Positions 8,712 to 18,589 of a stretch of 25,574 bases of DNA are shown one piece after another. Position 1 is the stretch's first letter; the number at the start of each line of letters is the position of its first letter. Below the pieces are notes generated by a model. The model was given only the letters and a program-made list of their open reading frames with translations, searched no databases and was not told where the DNA came from. A program made the position numbers and the translations under genes. The stretch comes from Leptolyngbyaceae cyanobacterium (GTDB lineage: Bacteria > Cyanobacteriota > Cyanobacteriia > Phormidesmidales > Phormidesmidaceae), in the NCBI GenBank assembly GCA_965263355.1, contig CBDHHL010000010.1:1-25574 (forward strand), read 5' to 3'.

Positions 8712-11700
8712 ATGGAGTTCAACCCCAATGCCACCGACTTCATCTCCGGAGTCTCCAACGCTGAGCTGGTCAACAACACCATGTTGACCCAGTCCACCTC
8801 CGTAGCCCCTACCACCTTCGAGCTCACCGCCGTGAGCTCCCCCATGGAGATGACCAGGCACGGGGCTGTAGCCGCCATGACGGCTGCAGGCTCGATCCAG
8901 CCGGACCCAGCCTTCCCGTCTCTGCAGGAGACCGTGACCCGTCACGCCAGTGCGGCTTTCGCTGCAGCCCAGGGATCAATCCAGCCAGATCCCACATTCC
9001 CCAGCCTGGATGATAAGCGGAACCAGCTTATCGCCAACGCGGACCCCCTCCTCCGCCCAGCCCACATGAGGACCCCAACCAAACCACCTCAGCAGCACGT
9101 GGTTAAGACAGCCTCCCAACTGGTCAGGGAGCTGTACACCAGCCAGCCAAGGGACCCCATGTCAACCCCACCCCACAAAAAGAGGGCCTTCGAGTACCAG
9201 GAGTCCGACTTCCCCTCACTCCATGACCTGACTACCAAAGGAGTGATGGAGAGGCCGGGGTACTCGACCATGAATCTCCAGAGAGCCAGAGCCAGGGACA
9301 CCGAGTCCAACTCAACCCAGTCCCCTCCCACAACGGTCCCTCACTCGCCGGCCCCTTACACACCCAGGGCAGCCAACTCAAACCTGACCCCCTTAGGTAC
9401 ACCCAACAAGAGACATTTGGGCAGCAGGGACTCCAACATCTCAATCGAGCCCCTCCACCAACCAACCAGGCTATCCAGGCCTCCCAGCAAAGCCTGCTAA
9501 GGACCTCGGAGGACCTCGGAAGGACGGCCGACACAACCGTCTCCAAGCTCTCCAACCTTAGTGACCTCGTTGCCAAGCAAATCCCGGAGGCGCTTACGCA
9601 ACTCACCAACCTCAACCAGGAAATTGCCAGCAAGACTAGCCAGCTGCACGATCTGGAACTCTCTCTGGCCACAACCAGATCGCCCAGGGCCTCTCACTCA
9701 AGATCAGGCTCCTTCTCTAGACCATCGAGGTCAAGGAACCCCTCCACGAGCTCCAAGACCCGCTCGCCCTCGGCCTCCCCAGCTACCCGCAGCCGCAACA
9801 AGTCCCTCCAGGAGGACTTAGACAGGTTGAGATCTCGCATCGAGGAGAAGACAACCAAAATCGATGCTCTCAACAGCCAAGAACGATCTCTCCAAGACAG
9901 GCTATCCAAGTCCAAGAAGGCCAAACAAGAAGCAGACTCCGCTGTCAACGTGGCTCGCCGTACCAAAATTGACATCGACACAGAGGTTAAGTCACTCAAG
10001 AAAGACAAGGAAAACCTCCTTAAGACCATCTCAGAGCTTCGATGCAAGGAGGCAGCCATGGAGTCCCGCAAGAAGGACGACGATGATGCCGCCGCTGCAG
10101 CCCAGGCGGTCAAGAAGGAAACAGAGAGTCTGAACAACAAGATCGCAGACCTCAAAGCGACCCTTGCCAGACTTGGCGCCGACAAGCGAAACTTGGAAAC
10201 CACCTTGGCGGCGCATAACCTCGAGGTTACCACACAGAGGTCAAACCTCCATGACCTCAACCAGCAGCTATCCCAAGCTGCAGTCAACTTGCGGAGGACC
10301 AAAGAAGATCACATGGCCGCCTCCAATGAACTCAATGCCATTAACGCTGCCATTACCGAGGCCAGAATGGCATACGAACAAGAACAAGAAGCCAGACAAC
10401 AGCAGATGACCACTACCGATAACCAGATTGCGGAACTACAACAACACCTCGTGGCCCTCCAGCAGCAATATGACACCCAAAAACAGCAGATGACCGCGCA
10501 GATCGACAGCCTCCGAGCTGACACTGACAAGCTTCAGCGCCAAAACAAAGAAGCAGCTGAGTCCCTCAGCGACACACTGTCCTCCAACTCGGCCTCCCTA
10601 CAAAATTCGGCCATTAAACAATCCAACGAGCTCAACGCTGAGTTGGAGGCAGTCAGAAACAAGGTGGGTGCAGCCAAAATGCGCCTCACCCAAGTCAATA
10701 AGGAGCTCACACAGGCCACCACCGACCTCCAGAAAGTGCAAGCCGACAAAAACTCAACAGAGGATGACCTAAGTATCACCAAGTCCAGACTGGACTTAGA
10801 GTGCAAGAAACTACACGACGTCCTCCATGCTCTCGACAGCACCAAGACCAGCCACGAAAATTCCAAGACGGCCCTCAACAAGGCCACCGCAGAATTAGAC
10901 AAGGTCACCAGAGCAGTGCAGGACAAAACTAAGGATCACCAGAACTTGACAGCCCAGGTCTCCAAAGCCAGATCCACCCTGCAAGAGCTCTCGTCAGACA
11001 TCACTATGGCCCGCAAAAACCCCATAGTGCCAGCACCACTCTCCCCCATACCAATGGCACACCCCTCCATGATGATGGAGTTTGATGATGCCACTAACTC
11101 ATGGGTTAGGCCGCAAGGACTGCCAGTCACACCAGGCAAGTCCATCCCCACACAGCCTCACTCAAGCAGCAACACGGTGACTGTCAACCCCACCATAACC
11201 ATTCAGGCCCCAGCTGCAAGAGATGGCGAGGCCAATATTGCCCACCAGGCCGCAGCTTTCTTTGCACAAGCGGGCAAAGATCTAACCACATATGTGAATC
11301 ATGAAATTACGCAGTCCCAGGCCCTCCTAGCCAATCAGATCCAGACCATGAATGCCACTATAGCAGACATGAAGACAACGGCACTTAAGCACTTTGAGGT
11401 CCAGAAGGCGACTTATGCGCAACATTTCAACGACCTTGAGGCCATGCAGGTCCAATTCAATCAGCAGAAAGATACAGAAGCTGCAATCCAAATCGGCCAA
11501 CTCAAAGAGACCTTGACAGAAGAATTTAAAGCGACAAGACAAGTTGACTTATTGGAACCACAAATTGCCAAGCAGCAAACCCAGATCACCCTCCTACAGA
11601 ATGCCCTCAAAGAAATAGACCGACTCCTCAAGGCCCAACAGAGCAAGAAACCAGGCAAAGGCAGTAAAAAGACTCAGCACATCGCAGAGAAACAGCTCCA

Positions 11701-12118
11701 GATAGCCTCACAACTGGAGCTTCAGGACATTGACGCCAATGCCACTGAGGATGACCTAGCCCGAAACCAGACCAAGCTGTACAGGACCATCAATAACAAG
11801 ATCGAAGACCAACATGCCAGGGTCACGAGAGTAATGGAGGATCTGCGCAACGACATCCACGATCCTAACACTCTATTCTCCATCGACCCGAAGACAGTGG
11901 CTCACAAAAGGCCTAGGGATATCTCTACAGACACCACAATAGGCAAGCCTCCTGCCAAGATTACACCAACAGTGGACACTTCAAGAGTACCACAAGAGCA
12001 TCTTGCCTCCGTGCAAGAAACATTATCCAAGTTACACCCACAAGAACTACAGCCCGGCACCCAACTCCAGGTGCCTCACGACACCAACCACACGGAGCCC
12101 ATACCGAATGACCAATAG
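8712..12118 (+). CDS. ORF3: ~1135-aa accessory protein (disordered motif-rich N-terminus plus long coiled coil), interrupted by a -1 frameshift near 9455-9465
   Basis: ORF 8712-9500 overlaps the frame of 9827-12118, which is open from 9227. Codon style and heptad character switch frame at CAC CAA|ACC AAC CAG; adding one A joins the two. Confidence 0.8.
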
Positions 12119-12260
12119 CAAACATGATTAAATAAACACCCACACCAACCATTAAATATACACACAATACCCATGTCACACAATACACACATCACACTAA
12201 AACACTTGAGCATGCCACTTCCACTAATACAAACCAAATAACCAACCAAATTGTTGTCAC

Positions 12261-12299
12261 ACTTTCTCTCAGCGCCCTCTAACCACACTATTCTTACAG
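12261..12299 (+). promoter_or_regulatory. Putative splice acceptor(s) for env
   Basis: ACTTTCTCTCAG (AG 12271-72) and CTAAC...TTCTTACAG (AG 12298-99), both phase 0 with env; the env frame opens at 12228 and has no N-terminal ATG. Confidence 0.6.
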
Positions 12300-15002
12300 C
12301 TTTCCACTGCCATTGTGGTCGCACAAGCATTCACTGCTTATGATTGCGCCCACAATAACATCACGGCCACCATCATTGACCTGACAGAACCGGACCACTG
12401 CGCCACCCTTGACCCAGGCTCCTACTCAGAGACCAATGTCACAGTGTCTGTGATATCCACTGCCAACAGGCTCACGATACAAGCAGTCCAATGCCGGGTA
12501 CTCCTCACCCAGAAGGCAGTTTATTGCGGCTCAGGCCATGCCACTTATGGCACCAGATTCCTGGAGATTGAGAAGCCCATCCACATCTCACCCTCCCACT
12601 GCACTGACCAGGATGGCCCCATCATAGCCGACGGCCAACCTTACCCAGCCAATACCTTGGACCATGGAGACAAATACTCCACCTCCTATCCACGAGGCAA
12701 CCTCGACCACGACCACTACTGCGAGACCGAGTCCTTCACCTACAATGGTGTCTCCTTCTCCTCCCACTACGTGGAACAGGTCGCCAGAACAACCAGAGCC
12801 TCCATTACAGGGACCTACAATGCCGCCTCGGGCACAGTTACCTTTGGCAACGTCGCCGTCCCCTTCGCCCAGGGCTACCTGCAAGACGTTACCTTGGGCA
12901 CCATCACTTGGAACACGACCAATGTCCAGTGCAAATCCACCACGGACATCATCTACAAGGGCAACGCCACCAAACACTCCCCCACGGACACGACGACCGG
13001 AGGCATCACGATCATCACCATTGGCAACTCCAACACCAAACAATACGGAGCCTTCACCTTGAAGCAACCCATTCCCCTTTGCGGCAAAGCTTGCTTCGCC
13101 ACACAGCTGGAGGACTTCACTATCTGTTTCACGGATACACCCGAGACCCACTTCGGCACAGACCCACTCCCTACGCTCGACTTCCACAACACGGAAAGGT
13201 TGGCTGGAATCCATACCTTCCAGGTCAACCACGCCCTCACCACCAGGTCCAATTTCCAGGCCATCAATAAGGCCCTTTGCGAAGTCGATGCCAAGACCAT
13301 TGCCAACAAGCGGCAACACATCCTGGCCACGGATTCATCCGCCGCTGTCATGGACCTCTACGGCCCAGGTTACCAGGTCACCAGGGCTGGGGCAGTAGCA
13401 TATGTGGCCAAATGCGTACCCATTGAGGTTAACATCTATGAAGAAGCCCACAATTGCACCCAGGAGCTCCCTGTCATTCTACCCGCGGAGTACAAAGACA
13501 GGATCCGCTACATGGACCCAGTCACCAAGATAGTCACCAGCTATCCCACCTACACGGTCTGTTCAGAGATCATCAGACCCATGATCAAGATCGGCAACAC
13601 CTGGTACGAATATGGCCCCATCCGCAACTCCTCCAACACGTTCAGACCGGCAACCATCACCCCCACGGTGATTACCTCCACGGTACTCAAGCTCAAGCTG
13701 TTCCACTTCGAGATAATACTTGCTGCCTCCATCTACACGGAACAGGACAAGGTCGAGTACAACCTGTATATCACACAGATCTCAGCCAGAGCGCCCATAA
13801 CCTCCTCCATGGTCAACAGCAAGCTTGACTACGCAGACAACCCACAAGCGGCTCTGACCTTCGATGACACCTCCTTCAAGTCCCTCAAATCGGCCTTCCT
13901 CTTCCTTGTTAACCCCATAGCCTACATCCTGGGAGACGTCGGTCAATACTACATGTGGTTCATGTCCTTCCTGCTCTTCTTAGTCATGCTAAAAGTAGCA
14001 GCCGAAGGCATTTACCACATCCTCCTCCAGTACTCAACCGATGGCTGCGGTACCTGGTGCCTCCTGGCATGGCTCCGCACTTGCTGGAACGTCGCCAAGG
14101 CACCTGTAGCCATCAATGATGCCGCCGTAGAACGCTTGGTGGACGACCACCCGACACAGGACCACATCCAAATTGAGATGACAGACATGGCACTCCCATC
14201 CAGAGACATTGAACAGGAAAGAAGAGACTTTGATCCCAGGGAGTTTGCAAGCCACAGACCTCCCTCCTACACGACGGCAACTGCACCTCCATTGACAAAC
14301 CTCGTCAGGTACCCCTCCCTGACGTCCCTCACCTCGGCACGCGCCCTCCAAGCAGCAGTCGACCCCATGCGTGCTGCTGTCACCACGGCAGCCACAACCC
14401 TGAGACGACTGCGCTCAGCCTCGCGGGAAACACTGCGACGCAGAGCAAATTCAGATACCGCCTCCAGAGCATGGTCAGCCACCAGAGACCTCGCCACAAG
14501 AGCACGCAGTGCCTCGGCCAGCACGGCGCGCAGCCTTTCCCGGGCCGCTTCAAGAGCCGCTTCGGAAAGGTCCTTCAGGAATTCCACGGGCTCACTGAAC
14601 GCAATCAGACGGTCATTCCGCCAGGGCTCCACCAGGGCCCTGACACAACTCAATGGATCCCTCAGATCCCTAGCAGCGGCCTCCGATCAGACAATCAACA
14701 CGAGCAGGCGCGCAGCCAGACACGCCTTACACCAGATTGAGGACGATGCCCGCAGTACATTCTCCAAAGCGAGCTCCGCAGCCTCCCGCGCCTCCCGCAA
14801 GGCCCGGAAGGTTGCTTTCGCTGCAGCCAGACGAGTCAGAACATCATCCACCCTGGCTTACCGGCTAATCCAACATCCCCAGGACGCTAACGTCCTGACT
14901 CTCGCACCTGATGATGCACGTGCCCCGCTCCTGGACGCCGAACCACCTAGGAGACCCCCACGCCGCTCTAGACGTGATCGTCACGAGGACACTAGACACT
15001 AA
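12273..15002 (+). CDS. env: Env-like glycoprotein, chuvirus-G/herpesvirus-gB-like (class III fusion type); true start unresolved
   Basis: Signal-like RPLTTLFLQLSTAIVVAQA then FTAYDC; Cys pattern YDC..C..QC..CG..H..C; PGYQVTRAGAVAYVAKCVPIEV..NCTQELPV..YMDPVTKI..C..WY; SIYT; several N-x-S/T sequons; hydrophobic TM region ~13890-14090. Confidence 0.85.
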   Translation, partial: RPLTTLFLQLSTAIVVAQAFTAYDCAHNNITATIIDLTEPDHCATLDPGSYSETNVTVSVISTANRLTIQAVQCRVLLTQKAVYCGSGHATYGTRFLEIEKPIHISPSHCTDQDGPIIADGQPYPANTLDHGDKYSTSYPRGNLDHDHYCETESFTYNGVSFSSHYVEQVARTTRASITGTYNAASGTVTFGNVAVPFAQGYLQDVTLGTITWNTTNVQCKSTTDIIYKGNATKHSPTDTTTGGITIITIGNSNTKQYGAFTLKQPIPLCGKACFATQLEDFTICFTDTPETHFGTDPLPTLDFHNTERLAGIHTFQVNHALTTRSNFQAINKALCEVDAKTIANKRQHILATDSSAAVMDLYGPGYQVTRAGAVAYVAKCVPIEVNIYEEAHNCTQELPVILPAEYKDRIRYMDPVTKIVTSYPTYTVCSEIIRPMIKIGNTWYEYGPIRNSSNTFRPATITPTVITSTVLKLKLFHFEIILAASIYTEQDKVEYNLYITQISARAPITSSMVNSKLDYADNPQAALTFDDTSFKSLKSAFLFLVNPIAYILGDVGQYYMWFMSFLLFLVMLKVAAEGIYHILLQYSTDGCGTWCLLAWLRTCWNVAKAPVAINDAAVERLVDDHPTQDHIQIEMTDMALPSRDIEQERRDFDPREFASHRPPSYTTATAPPLTNLVRYPSLTSLTSARALQAAVDPMRAAVTTAATTLRRLRSASRETLRRRANSDTASRAWSATRDLATRARSASASTARSLSRAASRAASERSFRNSTGSLNAIRRSFRQGSTRALTQLNGSLRSLAAASDQTINTSRRAARHALHQIEDDARSTFSKASSAASRASRKARKVAFAAARRVRTSSTLAYRLIQHPQDANVLTLAPDDARAPLLDAEPPRRPPRRSRRDRHEDTRH

Positions 15003-15071
15003 CCCGTGCCTATTGCAGCCACTCTTGCCGCACCGCCGCCTACGACCTAAAGGCCTACACCGCGCTGCTCC

Positions 15072-15077
15072 GGAGGA
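15072..15077 (+). promoter_or_regulatory. Short polypurine tract candidate
   Basis: GGAGGA then TT then the 3' LTR TG; correct position but only 6 purines. Confidence 0.5.
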
Positions 15078-15079
15078 TT

Positions 15080-15554
15080 TGTGAGCAGCTGCAACACGAC
15101 GATCATTACACACAACAAGGACATAACACACACGGAAGAAGACACATATGAACACAACCCTTTCACGCTGGAAGCTATATACACATATACATATATACAC
15201 ATATTACATACACACGTTACATGACCTTTTACACAATAAAAGTCAGTCTTGACAACACGCTAAAACAGTTCACACGTTTCATGCGTTATCGTATATATTC
15301 TTATTCATAAGTGCATTTATTCCGTGATATCTATCCGTCAACATAGGTAACTATATTCATAAGTATAAGTATATTAGGATACCAGTAAAGCGATGGTATC
15401 TACATATACGTGATTAGGTCTCTTGACCTATAGCTAGGATACAAGGCCTGATAAAGCGATATCTCCCTTTATCAGACCCGACCTAAAGGCGCCGAGGTTA
15501 CATAACGTCCTCACACGCCTTAAGTGATCATTACCCCTTCCTTAGGGAGATAGG
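15080..15554 (+). repeat. 3' LTR, lacking the terminal 11 bp
   Basis: Matches 1-475 except four transitions (LTR positions 91, 191, 307, 315); GTAAGATCACA is absent. Confidence 0.95.
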
Positions 15555-18024
15555 CTTTAAGCTTGCCTATATGATGCCTCGGGTTTCCCTAAGGCAAGGT
15601 TATCAGGTTCATATAGGATTCAAATGATTTTAGGTTTCAAGTAGCTAATAATATTATCTCATATGAAACCTCTATTTGATAAGTTTTTTGTCTTTGGTGT
15701 CTAAATGAAACCTTTGGGCTCAAAACTAGTGATAAAGGGTTCCCATGTCTCGTCAGGCTACGTCCAAGAAAGCAATCACTTTTAAAATGTGTTACAAATG
15801 ACCTCTTTTCCGTCAAAAAATACGAAGAAGGAAACCATTTTTCAACGAATTTATGGTCGGACTAGAAATTGACGGCCTTTCCAGCCTTGGAGACAGAATG
15901 GGGGCAAACGACCAAAAAGCCTTTTTTTTCCTCCAAGGTCCTTGATTTTCAAGGGAAGCGGAATTGAAAGCAGGCGATATATTTTTCTACCATAAAAAAC
16001 TCGATTTCCCTGCGATTCGCCATGCTAGTGCAAGTAAGAAAAGGCAGCCGCCCTTCAATTTCCTGTTTCTCTATTTTCTCTTGCAGCACACAATTCGGAC
16101 CAAGAAGTATACTACACCTCGTTTAATGGGTGTTGCCATTTCGGCCCCGTGATAAATCAGTCTGTCTATCTTAGGGACATGGGCTACGTAGGGGGGCAAC
16201 GCCTGCGCGCAGCTCTAACTCGATAATTAACTGTGAAATAAGAGTTGCCTTTGGTGCCCCGAGCAAAAGAGAGGCATCAGATCTCGTATTTGAGTCCTGT
16301 TTTTGGACGCCCCGAATGAGGGCCAAAAATCATCAACTTGGGGGGTCTCGAAACCCAAAAGATCGGTCCCTGTGTGAACAATTGCATTATGGGAGAACCA
16401 ACTATAGAAACAAGGACTCTAATTTAGTCAAACTTGGCGCCTTTACCTTATTGGGAAAATCTAAAAACTATATAAAATGATTTATGTATTTAATTTGACT
16501 ACCAACCAAGAATTGTAATGTAACTATTGTAACAGGTAAGTTGGGGTTCACAGGTGGCCCGTGAGTTTGTTGTTATTTACTGGCTTGCTGAAATTGATAG
16601 GTCTCACTTTAACCAAGTCCACTGATAAAGTTGTTACATATCTTGAGCCATAACTTCTTCAGATAAACCTTTGTCCCTCTCTTTATGAGAGCAATAACTC
16701 AGGGTAACTAACGAAAGAAGAGGTGTTTGGCTTTTCATTTTGCACATACCCGATACATAAGCTGTATAGGTAATTAAACCATGCAGAATTCTTTGAACTA
16801 GACTTCCTTTTACATTTCCAACCAATGGAAAAGAAATGATCTGGGAAAGACAAAGGGAAAAAAACAAGCAAAGATGTCAATCAATTGAGGAAGAACTTTT
16901 GACATTATCTGAAACCAAAGATCTCACCCAAAACTGAAGAAGAGAAAAGTGAGGCCTTATCTGACAAAAATCACTTTCTCAAGGGAAAACGTGAAAAACT
17001 CCGATTTCTTCGTTAATGAAGTCCCCAGCAAGGTCATTATCACTAACTACATACCTTTGTAACATTGTTTAGCAGTAGTGAAACACCCTAAGACTCATTA
17101 AGGATTATTTATTATGTATGCCCAGAGGGCCGAACTATTTGCCAATTTGACCAAAAGGCGGCCAAACTTTGATTTTCCTCAGCAGATATGCCCCGCTTTT
17201 TCCGCCCTCAGCCCCAAATGGAGGAACACCCAGAAATAATGAGGAGCGCTCAAAAAATCTGGAGCCGTCAGTCAGTGAGACATGATTGGGTGGAAATACG
17301 AAAAAAATCGACGAGGGAAGAGAGGGTGGTAACACGTGCCATGACTTTTGTAATTGTTGGAAACATGCGGGTCTATTAAAATGAGTCAAAATTTTTCATC
17401 ACAAGTTAAAAATATAAACAATGTGTATTATAATTACCGGCGACCATACTTATAAAACACACATACTAGATGGCTTGCGTTTGACAATTTCTCTGTTATT
17501 AGAAAGCACATCATGAAGTACGTACGTCATGAAAATATGGCTTAAAGTGGGTCGAAAATTGAAATTCGAAACAAACCATAAAAGGGTCACGTGTGGAACT
17601 TGACAGCTTTGGAGATTTGAGTTTCGTCTCACGAAAGCTACAACAAAATTTTGACAAAGTGCTCCACATTCGTCGGAAATTGTTTTGGTGTACATCCACG
17701 AGGTCCATGAATTAACTCTCCGTGTCCTCAGGTGCGGTATGATATGCAGGCTCTCCGCGTCCCTATGGTAGTATGGTAGTCTCCGTGTTCCAGTAGTGAC
17801 TGCGTGGGCCCAGCCGATCCCAGGGGTCGTGCCCCTGCTCAAGGGCGTCACTTTGTTCTGCCAGACAGACGAAATGTAGTAAAAACAGAATAAAAGTACT
17901 TTCAATATGCTTTCCTATAATCAAGGCTTCCACCACATTAATGACCAAAGTGGCATCTTTATTATCTCTCAGCATAGGGTAATTAAGAGCTTAATTAAAT
18001 AGAGAGTAAACCAGGCTTACTCTA

Positions 18025-18405
18025 CACTGCTGTCCCATTATGCGCAATTTTAGGGCCATTCAGTGCCGTTTTAATTGCAAAAATATAATTGAATTATTTT
18101 TTTTGACATTTTTCCTAGGCTGTCAACAAAATTTATATCAATTTTACGGCTTTCACATATGGTTTTGAACAATGTTTATTATATAAAAGAAACATGTTAA
18201 CCCAACATCAGATCAATGACATTCTTATCTTCAAGAAAGTTATAAATATTTACGTAAAAATAATTGCGACGGATGGCCGGAAAAAAACGAATTAATTGTG
18301 ATTAATGACAAATGATCAACTCAATTCAGCGCGCTGCTTAATGACTTTTCAAATTCAATTTTAATTGCCCCAATTCATTTAATTACGACCAATGGGACAG
18401 CAGTG
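18025..18405. mobile_element. MITE, Tc1/mariner-type
   Basis: Perfect 15-bp TIR CACTGCTGTCCCATT/AATGGGACAGCAGTG flanked by TA on both sides; non-coding. Confidence 0.85.
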
Positions 18406-18589
18406 TACAAAACACGAATGAATTGAGGGTAATTATGGGCGGGCAACAAACGGGTTCGTACACTCATAAAATATGTTTAAGCGACAATTGTTCGAAAAAT
18501 CTGAAACAACTGGTACTGTAGATAAAGGGTTGAACCGATTAAACTTATTGTAGGCAAACTGACAGGATTTATCAATAACATTGCTTAGC

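Larger units (their letters stand above)
1..15554 (+). mobile_element. Ty3/Gypsy (Metaviridae-type) LTR retroelement with env and an extra accessory ORF, ~15.5 kb
   Basis: Direct terminal repeats 1-475 and 15080-15554; PBS after the 5' LTR; gag with CCHC knuckle; pol in PR-RT-RH-IN order; two further long sense ORFs before the 3' LTR. TSD cannot be checked because the window starts at the LTR. Confidence 0.97.

Noticed and set aside
9827..12118. Calling ORF3 an SMC, myosin or tropomyosin gene
   Set aside because: Only generic heptads; no Walker A/B, hinge or motor motifs.
12588..13351. Long antisense and alternate-frame ORFs over env (and similar ones over pol and ORF3)
   Set aside because: Shadows of the biased A/C-rich sense codon usage; no independent protein features.
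15600..17450. Short ORFs downstream of the 3' LTR
   Set aside because: No recognisable domains or consistent splice structure; probably decayed repeats.
17511..17975. Minus-strand same-frame ORF pieces 17975-17763 and 17708-17511 as a pseudogene
   Set aside because: Interrupted by two stops and no family recognisable by eye; would need BLASTX.
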